Source: an uncultured Candidatus Binatia bacterium
GTDB taxonomy: Bacteria > Desulfobacterota > Binatia > Bin18
Reading direction: 5' to 3'
Length of the DNA: 64,000 nucleotides
Assembly (NCBI GenBank): GCA_965214605.1
Contig: OZ243961.1
Span: forward strand, 1,824,001-1,888,000
Every line of letters starts with the position of its first letter. Position 1 is the stretch's first letter. Below the pieces are notes generated by a model, which had not been told where the DNA came from, ran no database searches, and saw only the letters and a list, made by a program, of their open reading frames with translations. The translations under genes and the position numbers were made by a program. Of the stretch, positions 47,224 through 57,518 are shown piece after piece.

Positions 47224-48474
47224 TCACGCCATCCCCTGGACATCTTCAAACTGAACAGCCACCACCCGTCCTGAGATCTCCGAGACAGAGCCGGGCGGCC
47301 GGGTAAAGATCAAAAGACATTTTGCGGCTTGGCCGGCAGGGATGTGAAAGTCTTCTGGCGGCACGAGTTTTTGGAGAGTACTCATATTGCGAACCGTTAA
47401 ATTTTCCAACAACGCAGGGTTGGCCTCGTGACCACAGAATACGCGCTGCTGCCCAACTTGCTTACCGACCCCATTGTAGAGCGTGCCCTCAAACTGTACC
47501 AGTTTGGCAGACACGCTAGCGGTATTCAGCACCGTAGCCGCGACGGCAAACACACGACGATTGTCTTTGCTCAGCCAAAAACGGCCGCTCAGCTCATCCA
47601 GCCTCATATGGCGCGCAGAGAACGGCTCGGAGACAAAGAATTGACCCACCATTGGAAGCTGCTCGAGAACGAGCTTTGTCTGCCGGGGGTAGGAAAGCGC
47701 GGCATAGCTCAACAGGGCATACCCACAGACAAAAAACCCGATAAGGGTCAATACAGCACGAACAGAAAGAAGAGTCTCAGGCGGCTTGTCGGCAGAGGGC
47801 GAATCCACGGCAGCGGGGACTCGTTCGGTATCCTCATCTGGCTCGCTCGGGGTGGACTCGGGCAATTCAGCATCTGGCTCGCTCGGGGTGGACTCGGGCA
47901 ATTCAGCATCTGGCTCGCTCGGGGTGGACTCGGGCAATTCAGCATCTGGCTCGCTCGGGGTGGACTCGGGCAATTCAGCGTTCGACTCCGGGCCGTCCCC
48001 TAGCGCTTTCTGGGGCATCGCCGGCGGCTCGCCTTCGATGTCCAGGGCGCGCTCGTCCTCAGAGACCGGCCCGCCATCCAGTCCATCCGATGCGGCCTGC
48101 TCATCGGAGTCATTCTGCCCAGCTCGCCCAGTCTGCTCAGCACAGCCCTCCATCTCGGCCGGTGGAGGCGACTTGATCTCCTGACGGACAAATGCTGGGA
48201 CACGATCCAGCAAATCGCCGGCGTTGACGCTGGACTCAGCTTTGAGATCAATCTGTTGTTCGTTCTTCCAGGTCGACTCGGGCTCAGGCGCGAAGCTCAG
48301 AGGCTTGGTAGCGGAAGCGGGCTTTGCGCTATTCTCCTTCCGCAGCACCGGAGGCGTATAGACAAAGATGTGTCCACAGTCCTCCTGACAACACTCGAAC
48401 GATGTTTCCCCCGCCGCCATTAGGCTCGCGTCAACCCGGTAGCGCGTCTTACACTTAGGACATTCAACCGTCAC
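47224..48474 (-). CDS. MJ0042-type zinc-ribbon / DUF3426-like membrane protein
   Basis: CPKC...CC..C, long acidic linker, TM helix, C-terminal beta domain. Confidence 0.78.
   Translation of the reverse strand: MTVECPKCKTRYRVDASLMAAGETSFECCQEDCGHIFVYTPPVLRKENSAKPASATKPLSFAPEPESTWKNEQQIDLKAESSVNAGDLLDRVPAFVRQEIKSPPPAEMEGCAEQTGRAGQNDSDEQAASDGLDGGPVSEDERALDIEGEPPAMPQKALGDGPESNAELPESTPSEPDAELPESTPSEPDAELPESTPSEPDAELPESTPSEPDEDTERVPAAVDSPSADKPPETLLSVRAVLTLIGFFVCGYALLSYAALSYPRQTKLVLEQLPMVGQFFVSEPFSARHMRLDELSGRFWLSKDNRRVFAVAATVLNTASVSAKLVQFEGTLYNGVGKQVGQQRVFCGHEANPALLENLTVRNMSTLQKLVPPEDFHIPAGQAAKCLLIFTRPPGSVSEISGRVVAVQFEDVQGMA
47835..47978. repeat. Perfect 36-bp tandem repeat x4 (AELPESTPSEPD)
   Basis: CATCTGGCTCGCTCGGGGTGGACTCGGGCAATTCAG repeated four times. 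Confidence 0.97.
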
Positions 48475-48494
48475 AACATCCCCTCCACCAGCTT

Positions 48495-48559
48495 ATTGTA
48501 CAGAAAGAAGTGCAGGAAAATCAACGACATTGACGACAAGTCACAAGAGAAACTATAAT
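48495..48559. promoter_or_regulatory. Back-to-back sigma70 promoters
   Basis: Plus strand TTGACG-18-TATAAT (48530-48559); minus strand TTGATT-18-TACAAT (48524-48495). Confidence 0.55.
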
Positions 48560-48581
48560 AGTAGAGATCCAATCCTCAGCG

Positions 48582-49397
48582 ATGGGGAGGCGTGTGATTC
48601 CGATGGCCCTCGTGCGTGTTGTTTTCATCGCCCTGAACACTATCCTCTGGAGCGTACCAGTTCTGCTCTTCGCGCCTTTTGACATGTACGCCCAACGCGC
48701 GGCCCGCTACATTCGCTTCTGGGCCAAGAGCAACCTGTTCGTGTGTGGAGTGAAGGTCGACGTCCGTGGCCGAGAACAGCTCGATCCCCGGCAAGCCTAT
48801 GTTTTCATGGCCAACCATCAGAGCATGTTTGATATTTTGGTGCTGATGGCCAGCCTTGAGGCGTTTCAGCTGCGTTGGGTCGCTAAACACGAACTGCGCA
48901 AGGTTCCGCTCTTTGGTCTGTGCATGGACTGGACTCACCAGGTCTTGGTTGATCGCCAGAGCCGAACCCAAACGATCGCAACCATCCGGAAAGTCAAAGC
49001 GCTGCTGCAAGCCGGGATCTCGGTGCTGTTTTTTCCGGAAGGGACCCGCAGCCAGGACGGACGTCTGCTACCGTTCAAACCCGGGGGATTCGTCGTTGCT
49101 GTGGAGACCGGCAGTCCGGTTGTTCCGGTTACGGTTAACGGCGGGCGGGATATTCTCCCCTCAGGCAGCTGGAAGATCCGGTCCGGGCGGATGAGTGTCG
49201 TCTTTAGCCCGCCTATTGTCAGAGATCCGTTGGTGGCCAAAAAAACGGCCCGACAGAATTTACTAGCCCAGGTCGAAAAAGCGATTGCTCGACACCATAT
49301 GCCCTCTGCGCACCGGACAACGACCGCTCAGCCTGCCTCTCCCGAACACCCGGATCGTGCATCGTCTTGTACGGCTAGGGATCGGACGAGCGTATGA
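48582..49397 (+). CDS. plsC: 1-acyl-sn-glycerol-3-phosphate acyltransferase (start may be 48603)
   Basis: NHQSMFD, FPEGTRS. Confidence 0.9.
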   Translation: MGRRVIPMALVRVVFIALNTILWSVPVLLFAPFDMYAQRAARYIRFWAKSNLFVCGVKVDVRGREQLDPRQAYVFMANHQSMFDILVLMASLEAFQLRWVAKHELRKVPLFGLCMDWTHQVLVDRQSRTQTIATIRKVKALLQAGISVLFFPEGTRSQDGRLLPFKPGGFVVAVETGSPVVPVTVNGGRDILPSGSWKIRSGRMSVVFSPPIVRDPLVAKKTARQNLLAQVEKAIARHHMPSAHRTTTAQPASPEHPDRASSCTARDRTSV

Positions 49398-51055
49398 ATG
49401 AGGGCCAGCTGCGTATCATTCCCCTTGGCGGTCTGGGCGAGATCGGACTCAACCTGCTGCTGATCGAGTATTGCCCGGCCGAAGGTGGTCGCCCAACCGC
49501 AATCGCCGTTGACTGTGGCCTCATGTTTCCCGAGCAGGAGATGCTCGGCATTGACATAGTTATCCCGGATTTCGGCTATCTGCGCCAGCACCAACATCTG
49601 CAGGCGGTCATCTTCACCCACGGCCACGAGGACCATATTGGTGCCTTGCCCTATTTACTCCAAGAATTTGATGTCCCGATCTATGGCACGCCGTTCACCC
49701 TGGGGCTGATCCGCGACAAGTTGACCGAACGAGGTCTGCTTGAGCAGACGACTATCCACGAGTTTCATCCCCGTCAGGAATGGCAAATTGGACCGTTTCG
49801 CATAGAGGGCATTCCGGTGACGCACAGCATTGTGGATGCCTCGGCCTTAGCCATTACCACTCCCCTCGGTACCATTATCCACACTGGTGATTTTAAGATT
49901 GACCATACGCCTATCGATGACCGGCAAACCGATCTGACGCGTTTGGCCGAATGGGGAGAGCGCGGTGTCCTACTCCTGTTGGCCGACTCGACAAATGTTG
50001 AGCGTCCAGGCTCGAATCCGTCAGAGCGCAGCCTCGCCAGGCCGCTCGAAAATATTATTGCCCAATCCGAGGGCAAAGTCTTGGTTGCCACCTTTGCTTC
50101 CCACATCCACCGTATTCGTCAAATTCTCGACCTGTCGGTAAAACAGGGTCGAACCGTCGGCGTGGTTGGCAGGCGACTAGTCAGCAACATAGGGATCGCC
50201 CAAGAGACCGGGCATTTGTCTATTGCACCGGATATCTTGATTGATGTTGGTCAGGTCTCGCAGCGCGACCCGCGAACGGTGACCCTTCTAACGACCGGTT
50301 CCCAGGGCGAACCTATGTCAGCCCTGTCGCGAATTGCCGCCGGCGCCCACCCCCAGGTCCAGCTAGCTGCAGGCGATACGGTAGTTTTGTCGTCGCGGGT
50401 CATTCCCGGCAACGAACGCACAATCGCCCGCCTGATCGACCATCTGTCTCGGCGCGGGGCTGACATCTATTACGAGGCGATCTCGTGCGTTCATGTCTCC
50501 GGTCATGCCTGTCAGGACGAGTTGCGTCTCATGCTCAACCTAGTCCGCCCCCAGTACTTCGTGCCCATTCACGGCGAATACCGTCATCTGGTCCGTCACT
50601 CGGCCTTGGCCCGCCAGGTCGGAATCGAGTCGGACAACGTCTTTTTGTTAGAAAACGGCCAGGTGCTCGAAATCAACTGCCGTGGCGCTTTTCAGACTGA
50701 TTCCGTCCAGGCCGGACGGGTGTTTGTAGACGGTTTGGCCGGCATTGAGGAAGAGCTTATGCGTGACCGCCGCCATCTGGCCAGCGACGGGATCGTGGTC
50801 GCCATCCTCAGTATCGCTCAACACACTGGGGAACTCGTCAGTGGACCGGAGCTGCTGTCGCGCGGATTCTTAACCAACGGTGAGGGCTTAGATGAGGCCA
50901 AAGATGTCATACGGAGTACGCTCAGCGAATTGCCGCTGGAGTCCCGGACCGATATTGGCACGGTGAAGGAGCAGGTCCGGCTGTCGTTACGCCGTTATTT
51001 TCGCCGTAGGCTGGGACGTCGGCCGGTTGTATTACCATTTGTGACGGAGATGTGA
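49394..51055 (+). CDS. rnj: Ribonuclease J
   Basis: LGGLGEIG, THGHEDHIG, HTGDFK, TGSQGEP, HVSGHA, PIHGE. Confidence 0.96.
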   Translation: MNEGQLRIIPLGGLGEIGLNLLLIEYCPAEGGRPTAIAVDCGLMFPEQEMLGIDIVIPDFGYLRQHQHLQAVIFTHGHEDHIGALPYLLQEFDVPIYGTPFTLGLIRDKLTERGLLEQTTIHEFHPRQEWQIGPFRIEGIPVTHSIVDASALAITTPLGTIIHTGDFKIDHTPIDDRQTDLTRLAEWGERGVLLLLADSTNVERPGSNPSERSLARPLENIIAQSEGKVLVATFASHIHRIRQILDLSVKQGRTVGVVGRRLVSNIGIAQETGHLSIAPDILIDVGQVSQRDPRTVTLLTTGSQGEPMSALSRIAAGAHPQVQLAAGDTVVLSSRVIPGNERTIARLIDHLSRRGADIYYEAISCVHVSGHACQDELRLMLNLVRPQYFVPIHGEYRHLVRHSALARQVGIESDNVFLLENGQVLEINCRGAFQTDSVQAGRVFVDGLAGIEEELMRDRRHLASDGIVVAILSIAQHTGELVSGPELLSRGFLTNGEGLDEAKDVIRSTLSELPLESRTDIGTVKEQVRLSLRRYFRRRLGRRPVVLPFVTEM

Positions 51056-51068
51056 GGAGGCGGGAGGC

Positions 51069-53480
51069 GTGTTGGTATCCAAACCAGAATCCGGTCAACA
51101 TTCCGTTGGCCCTGAGATAGTGGGGATCACCCTGGTCGCTGTGGCGATTTTTTTAGGCGTCGCTTTTTTGTCCTACCAGCCGAGCCGTCCGCAGGCGAAT
51201 CTCGTTGGCGTCATCGGCTATCTGTTAGCCGACCTGTTCTGCTCGGCGCTGGGTAAAATGAGCTATGTCTTACCAGCTCTGGCCGTATACATCGCCGGCC
51301 TACAGTTTCAGCTGTGGCGCTGCACGGCCGTGACCTCCCAGATGCTATCGCTGGGCGTCTTTGGCCTGGCCAGTACGGCCCTGTTATCCCTGTGGTACGG
51401 GGACCAGGCTGGTGGTTGGGTCGGAGGCTGGCTGGCGGACTATCTCCGCTACGGCTTCAACCAATTCGGCGCCCATCTGGTACTGATTCCTATTCTTGTC
51501 GTCTCTCTGATGGGGATTTCTCGTCTGTCTTTGCACGCTCTGGGCAGCCGACTCGTGGTGGCCTGTCGATTCGACCGTTCCATGGTCTGGCCGCGGCAGT
51601 TGGCGTCCCAGTTGCGCTCTGGGCTAAGGAGCCTCCCGTCGGTTGTTCCCGGCCGCTGGTATGGCCGCTCTGCGTCCACTGAGGGATATCAGGAGTCCGA
51701 ACCCCGGTTTGTGGCTCCTGGGCCCGCACCGGAAATGACCCAAACCACTCCCCCCAAAAAAATCGTGCCAAAACAACCGCCCGACAAACCTGAGGAGCAA
51801 CCCGTAAAAGAGCAAGTGCAACCGCCAATTATTATTAACCGTCCTCCACCCGCCCCCCCGCCCAAAGCCAGGCGGTCGGATCCGGCCGCTCGGCCGAGCG
51901 CGGACACGGCCCGAGACAGCGAAACATCCTATACCTTCCCGAGTCTGGATCTGCTCGACCCCCCGCCCGAATCTCGACTGAAGATTGATGAGAGCGCCCT
52001 CCGCGCTAGCTCTCAGATTCTCGAGAGCAAGCTCAGTGACTTTGGCGTCAAGGGCAAAATCGTGGCCGTTCGACCCGGCCCGGTCATCACCACCTATGAG
52101 TTCGAGCCTGCCCCCGGGGTAAAGGTCAACCGGGTGGTCTCGGTCGCCGACGATTTGCAAATGGCCCTCCGAGCGGTCTCCGTCCGTATCCTCGCCCCGA
52201 TTCCAGGCAAGGCGGTGGTCGGCATTGAGGTTTCAAACGCAAACCGTGAGAAGGTCTATCTCCGGGAGATTCTCGACAGTTCGGGCTTCCAGCAAACCGA
52301 ATCGCCGCTCGGCCTCGCCCTGGGCAAAGATTCGATCGGAAATCCCATCGTCGCCGACCTGTCCCGCATGCCACATCTCTTGGTGGCCGGTGCCACGGGA
52401 ACCGGGAAATCGGTCTCGCTCAACGCCATGATCATGAGCCTGCTGTACCGGGCAAGCCCACGCGACGTGCGCTTCATCATGATCGACCCAAAAATGTTGG
52501 AATTGTCCTTGTACGAAAACCTGCCCCATCAGCTGTCGCACGTCATTACCAACCCCAAAGAAGCCGGCGCGGCGCTGCAGGAAGTCGTGCGGCGGATGGA
52601 GTATCGCTACAAACTGCTGCGCGACAAAGGAGCGCGGAATATCACCGCCTATAACCGTACCCTGAAGCATGAGGCAATCACCCCGGATGGTGTGATCAAG
52701 CTGACTGAGGTCATCGAGGATGGGCACGCTGAAGGCGTCGCCGTTCCTGAGCTGGCCAATCACGCAGTTCCAGCGTCGCCGAGTCCGCAAACGGAGACTC
52801 TGGTCCACCAGCAGTTACCCTATCTGGTCGTCATCGTCGATGAATTGGCCGACCTGATGTTGACCGTTGGCCGTGAGATAGAGGAGCCGATTACCCGTTT
52901 GGCCCAGATGGGCCGCGCCTCGGGTATTCACCTCATCCTGGCGACCCAGCGTCCCTCGGTCGATGTGATTACCGGTCTGATCAAGGCGAATTTCCCGGCC
53001 CGTGTTTCCTTCCAGGTGTCCTCCCGGATTGATTCTCGGACGATCTTAGACACGGGCGGTGCTGAACGTCTGCTCGGCGCCGGCGATATGTTGTTCTTGC
53101 CTCCGGGCAGCGCCAAGCCGCAGCGTATTCATGGCGCGTTTGTCTCCGAGCCGGAGATTAGTAAGGCGGTTGCGGCGATTAAGAAGCAGGCCAAGCCGAT
53201 GTTTGACCCCGAACTGGTCAGCGCTCTTGAAAAAGCTCACAGCCTCAAGAGCCTCGAGGCCGCCGATGACGACACCTATGATGAGATGTACGAACAGGCA
53301 CGGGAGTTGGTCATCAAAAGCCGCCAGGCGTCTATTTCCTGGGTTCAGCGCCGCTTGCGGGTCGGTTATAATCGCGCCGCCCGGATGATTGAACGCATGG
53401 AAAGCGAGGGGCTGATCGCTCCTGCTGCTGAAGCCGGGAAACCACGCGAGGTGTTGGTTGAAGCAGCGGTCGAAGAGTGA
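51069..53480 (+). CDS. ftsK: DNA translocase FtsK
   Basis: N-terminal TMs, HLLVAGATGTGKS, DELAD, ATQRPSVD, gamma domain GYNRAAR. Confidence 0.96.
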   Translation: MLVSKPESGQHSVGPEIVGITLVAVAIFLGVAFLSYQPSRPQANLVGVIGYLLADLFCSALGKMSYVLPALAVYIAGLQFQLWRCTAVTSQMLSLGVFGLASTALLSLWYGDQAGGWVGGWLADYLRYGFNQFGAHLVLIPILVVSLMGISRLSLHALGSRLVVACRFDRSMVWPRQLASQLRSGLRSLPSVVPGRWYGRSASTEGYQESEPRFVAPGPAPEMTQTTPPKKIVPKQPPDKPEEQPVKEQVQPPIIINRPPPAPPPKARRSDPAARPSADTARDSETSYTFPSLDLLDPPPESRLKIDESALRASSQILESKLSDFGVKGKIVAVRPGPVITTYEFEPAPGVKVNRVVSVADDLQMALRAVSVRILAPIPGKAVVGIEVSNANREKVYLREILDSSGFQQTESPLGLALGKDSIGNPIVADLSRMPHLLVAGATGTGKSVSLNAMIMSLLYRASPRDVRFIMIDPKMLELSLYENLPHQLSHVITNPKEAGAALQEVVRRMEYRYKLLRDKGARNITAYNRTLKHEAITPDGVIKLTEVIEDGHAEGVAVPELANHAVPASPSPQTETLVHQQLPYLVVIVDELADLMLTVGREIEEPITRLAQMGRASGIHLILATQRPSVDVITGLIKANFPARVSFQVSSRIDSRTILDTGGAERLLGAGDMLFLPPGSAKPQRIHGAFVSEPEISKAVAAIKKQAKPMFDPELVSALEKAHSLKSLEAADDDTYDEMYEQARELVIKSRQASISWVQRRLRVGYNRAARMIERMESEGLIAPAAEAGKPREVLVEAAVEE

Positions 53481-53510
53481 AACACACGACGCTGAACGAA
53501 AAACACCCGG

Positions 53511-54212
53511 ATGAAAAGACGGCTCTCGTATTGGATATTCCTCAGCCTGACGATCCAGGCCGTTTTCTTTCGCCCGCCCGTGCCCCTGCCGGCCGATGAA
53601 ACTGCCTCTCCCCTTCCCCACTCAGCGCTTGGGGCCACAGAGATTGTGGCCCGGTTGCAGACCCGCTACCAGGAAACTCAGGGCTTTCAGGCGGATTTTG
53701 TCCAAGAGGTGGAGTCCGCAAGCTTCGGCTACACGTTGACCTCTCAGGGCCGGGTGTTCTTTAAAAAGCCGGGCAAGATGCGCTGGGACTTTAGCCAGCC
53801 TGCGCAGCTGTTCATCTCGGACGGCGTCTTCTTTTGGTTTTATCAAGCGGCCGAGAACCAAGTCGTCAGAACTCCGTTTCACCAAGCTTTTCAATCTCAT
53901 ACCCCGATCTCCTTTCTGACCGGAGTGGGACGCCTAGAGGACGACTTTGAGATCAGTTTGCAGGACACGGCCACCGAAACCTACGTCCTACACCTCACCT
54001 CGAAGCACGACGCCGACCCAGTTGGACGGTTGACCCTGGCGGTTGACCCTGTGACCTTTGATATTGTTCGGGCAACGGTGAGCGACCCGCTCGGTAATAT
54101 CACCCGTTTGCAATTTACCAATATCACCCGCAATATCTCGCTGCCGGACAGCCTCTTTCAGTTCACTATCCCAGCCGGTGTCGATGTTGTCGAACCCCTG
54201 CCCATGTCGTAA
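53511..54212 (+). CDS. lolA: Outer-membrane lipoprotein carrier
   Basis: ADFVQ, KKPGKMRW, SDG..WFY, F.F.IP.GVDV; follows ftsK. Confidence 0.88.
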   Translation: MKRRLSYWIFLSLTIQAVFFRPPVPLPADETASPLPHSALGATEIVARLQTRYQETQGFQADFVQEVESASFGYTLTSQGRVFFKKPGKMRWDFSQPAQLFISDGVFFWFYQAAENQVVRTPFHQAFQSHTPISFLTGVGRLEDDFEISLQDTATETYVLHLTSKHDADPVGRLTLAVDPVTFDIVRATVSDPLGNITRLQFTNITRNISLPDSLFQFTIPAGVDVVEPLPMS

Positions 54213-54360
54213 ACACCCCCTCCCCACACCCGCACTGAACTGCTGGCAGGACTATGGGCTAGGTTCGCCCTGGGACACGTGGCGCTCAGGCGGCCGAAGC
54301 TTGACCCGCCCAACAAAGTTGCCTAGACAAAAAGCATCAAAAAAACTGGAGGACACTGCT

Positions 54361-55530
54361 ATGGAATCGCTCCGAGGCAAGGTAGCTATCGTGGGGGCGG
54401 CCGACACCGAGGTCGGCGTCGTTCCCCATCTGAGCGCTACCCAAATGTATGTTAAAGCGGCCAAGCTCGCCCTTGAAGATGCCGGTGTTACCAAGGACGA
54501 TGTTGATGGGTTGATTACCTGCAACTCGTGGGTTGAGCCGTATATGTATCACGCCGAGATGATTGCAGAGTATATGCAGATCTTTCCCCGCTACTGCCTC
54601 AACGTCGCGACGGGCGGGGGAACAACCCTGGCCATTATGCAGCACGCGGCAACGGCCATTGCCACCGGCGTGTGCAACACCGTCCTGATCACCATGGCCG
54701 ATAATATGCTCTCCGGCCTCTCACGCGATAGAGCGATCGAAGCGATGTCAACAGCCGGTCACGCCCAGTTCGAGCAGCCCTATGGTCCCCCCATTCCCGC
54801 CTTTTACGCCCTTATCGCCCAGGCCCACATCCACGCCTATGGCACCACCAGCGAACAGTTGGCCGCCATATCGGTGGCGTGTCGTAAACACGCGTCGCTC
54901 AATCCGGCCGCGCAGATGCGTGATCCAATTACCGTTGACGATGTCCTGAATTCAAAAATGATTGCCGCTCCCCTGCATCTGCTGGACTGTTCGCTGGTAT
55001 CGGATGGCGGTGCGGCGATTATTATGACCGCCGCCGAACGCGCCGCAGACTTCCGAACAAAACCCGTCTATCTGCTAGGCATTGGTGAGGGTCACTCGCA
55101 CGAACATATTAGTCAAGCCAGAAATCTCACCACCTCAGCGGCCAAGGAGGCCGGGGAACGGACCTACGCCATGGCCGGCCTGGGGCCTCAAGATATTGAC
55201 GTGGCTGAGTTGTACGACTGTTTCACGCCGGTCGTGATCGTTGAGCTCGAAGATCTCGGCTTCTGTCCCAAAGGCGAAGGCGGCCGGTTTGTGGAAGACG
55301 GACGGATCGAGCTAGGCGGTGAGCTGCCGGTGAATACCCACGGGGGGCTGATGTCCCACTGCCATCCGGGCCACCCGGGTTCGATGTTCTCGGTCACCGA
55401 GGCCGTGTTTCAGCTGCGCGGCGAGTGTGGGCCGCGTCAGGTCCAGGATGCCGAACTGGCGTTTGTCCATGCCCAGGGGGGCATTATGTCTACTCACTGT
55501 TCGATGATTTTGGCAAAGGAGAGAGGCTAA
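54361..55530 (+). CDS. SCP2-type thiolase / lipid-transfer protein
   Basis: NPAAQMR, DCSLVSDGG, LYDCFT, NTHGG. Confidence 0.9.
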   Translation: MESLRGKVAIVGAADTEVGVVPHLSATQMYVKAAKLALEDAGVTKDDVDGLITCNSWVEPYMYHAEMIAEYMQIFPRYCLNVATGGGTTLAIMQHAATAIATGVCNTVLITMADNMLSGLSRDRAIEAMSTAGHAQFEQPYGPPIPAFYALIAQAHIHAYGTTSEQLAAISVACRKHASLNPAAQMRDPITVDDVLNSKMIAAPLHLLDCSLVSDGGAAIIMTAAERAADFRTKPVYLLGIGEGHSHEHISQARNLTTSAAKEAGERTYAMAGLGPQDIDVAELYDCFTPVVIVELEDLGFCPKGEGGRFVEDGRIELGGELPVNTHGGLMSHCHPGHPGSMFSVTEAVFQLRGECGPRQVQDAELAFVHAQGGIMSTHCSMILAKERG

Positions 55531-55994
55531 TGGCTGGCAAAGAGAGCGTTGGTGACCGCCCCCTAGGCAAGGAGAGCTCAGCGAGTGCTCGACCGAGTAA
55601 ACCGATTCCACAACCGACCGGCGAAACCCTGCCCTATTGGGACGGGTGCAAAAACCATGAGTTGCGCATCCAAAGATGTATCGCCTGCGGCCATCACCAG
55701 TTCTATCCGCGCATCTACTGCACCGCCTGTATGAGCGAGGAGGTGGAGTGGGTTAAAGCCTCGGGCCGGGGCACAGTGCTGTCGTTTACCACAGTCTATC
55801 GACCGGTAACCAAGGCGTTTACCGATGAAGTCCCGTACGTGGTCGCCCTAGTCACGCTTGACGAAGGCCCACAGATGATGAGCAATATTGTTGGCTGTTC
55901 ACCCCAACAGATAGAGATAGGCAGGACGGTCGAAGTCACCTTTGAGGACTGGACCGAGGAGGTCTCGGTGCCGAAGTTTAAATTGGTCGACTAG
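55530..55994 (+). CDS. DUF35 Zn-ribbon/OB-fold partner of thiolase
   Basis: CIAC...YPRIYCTAC, VPYVVALVTLDEGP. Coupled to the thiolase. Confidence 0.92.
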   Translation: MAGKESVGDRPLGKESSASARPSKPIPQPTGETLPYWDGCKNHELRIQRCIACGHHQFYPRIYCTACMSEEVEWVKASGRGTVLSFTTVYRPVTKAFTDEVPYVVALVTLDEGPQMMSNIVGCSPQQIEIGRTVEVTFEDWTEEVSVPKFKLVD

Positions 55995-56022
55995 GATGAG
56001 TCAGCAAAGAAGGAGGGAGCAC

Positions 56023-56860
56023 GATGAACCCGCACAGATCAACACAGGCAGAGGTGAGAGAGGAGTGGAGTTTCTTGGCCCGTGGGAAGAACGTTTGATC
56101 CGATAAGCGCAGTAGCAACAGACTTTCAGGGCCGTATTCACGCCTTCCAAAGTCAAGCTCCGTCCGTTCGGGTTTTTGAGCGTGCGGCCAATTATCTCGA
56201 CTCGCGCAGGGATAGTGGAAGCGAAAATTCGCATGGGTGCTTTATCGGGCGGGACGAGATCATCTACCTCACCGCCTGGGGTGACTCCGTGCCGTTACCG
56301 CGACGGCAAACCCGCTAGGGGGGCTCGGGTAGCCGGAGTCAGCCATTCAGCGCCGACTGTACGGTGGCCGCGCGCCGCCGGCTCCTTCAAGCAAGCGGCC
56401 GCAATGGTAGTCGCCCCGCCCGGCAGACTGTACACGACCGGCGGCTATCGCAGCAGGCGGAGGGACCACGCGCTGACGGTCGGTTGATCAATTCTTGGGG
56501 CGGTCCAAGCAAGCAGGCATCCGGAGAATTTCCCCTGCCCATAGCCTATGGGTAGAACACGGCGAGATATACGGAGACAACCGGGAGAACAATCGTATCC
56601 GGATTTTTAGTCCTACCGGGACAGACCTGATCCCCTAGGAGAACCTTCACCGCCCGATCAATACTGACATGGAACACCCCGGATATTGTGATAGCAACGA
56701 CCTCAAGCCGACCGTCACGATTTAGATAAAAAGGGGACTGTTCTTGCCCGCCGGGATTCTCCGTATGGGCCACGGCCCGCGGGTAAACCTTGGAGGGGAT
56801 ATCTATCTGGCCGACCTGATGGGTAAGTGTCCCACCACATACATACGACAGCGCCAAGAT
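56023..56860 (+). pseudogene. NHL-repeat beta-propeller pseudogene
   Basis: Fragments SAVATD.QGRI, HG.FIG..EIIYL, DGRLINSWG...GEF, HSLWV...NRENNRIRIFS, HG....GDIYLAD in many frames. Confidence 0.75.
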
Positions 56861-56941
56861 CACCGGTCGTCCTCCTCCTGGTGGCCCACGGTGCGGGCGG
56901 TGTCCCACCACATACATACGACAGCGCCAAGATCACCGGTC
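56827..56941. repeat. Two exact 42-bp direct repeats with a 31-bp spacer
   Basis: GTGTCCCACCACATACATACGACAGCGCCAAGATCACCGGTC at 56827-56868 and 56900-56941. Confidence 0.9.
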
Positions 56942-56960
56942 CATCCCCCTCGATCCACGG

Positions 56961-57461
56961 CTACTCAAGTCCGATGTCAGGACGGCGCAGCCGCAGATCA
57001 TGCCTCATGCAAACCGCCGTTTCGCGGCCGGCATAATAGCCGGGGAGAGACTTGACGGCTTGATAGCCGAGCTGTCGGTAGAACGCCTGGGCCCCACTGT
57101 TCTTGGTCCGCACTTCCAGGTCGATATAACACATCCCGCCCGTTCGGGCGATCTTTTCCAGCCAGGCGATAAGTCGCCCACCAATGCCTAGACGTCGATA
57201 TGCGGGATCTACCGCTAGCAGGTTCAGGTGCGCCCGCTCAGCGTCAAATTGCATGATCGCAAATCCGGCCAACTGACCCCGGCTCCAGGCCGTCAGCACA
57301 TTCGTTTTAGGCTCTTGGATAGCGTGGACAACCCGCTGCGGGGTCCAGGACCACGGCAGTCCGGCTTCGACAAAGTCGCGAGACATCAGCGCGATACGTC
57401 TCGCATCAGCCCGACGGGCCAATTTGAGCTCCAGACTTTGTCCTGTTGGCAAGCTTCCCAT
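56961..57461 (-). CDS. GNAT acetyltransferase (RimI-like)
   Basis: LAVDPAYRRLGIG, LEVR..N..A..FY..LGY. Confidence 0.9.
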   Translation of the reverse strand: MGSLPTGQSLELKLARRADARRIALMSRDFVEAGLPWSWTPQRVVHAIQEPKTNVLTAWSRGQLAGFAIMQFDAERAHLNLLAVDPAYRRLGIGGRLIAWLEKIARTGGMCYIDLEVRTKNSGAQAFYRQLGYQAVKSLPGYYAGRETAVCMRHDLRLRRPDIGLE

Positions 57462-57518
57462 ATACAGACGTGGCCAACGATGAACTCCGCGCCCTCAAGA
57501 GGACAGCGTGTCACCAAC

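Noticed and set aside
47835-47978. 36-bp repeats as CRISPR
   Set aside because: No spacers; in-frame coding tandem repeat.
56827-56941. Repeat-spacer-repeat as a mini CRISPR array
   Set aside because: Only two copies, not palindromic, derived from the NHL gene 3' end, and no cas genes or AT-rich leader.
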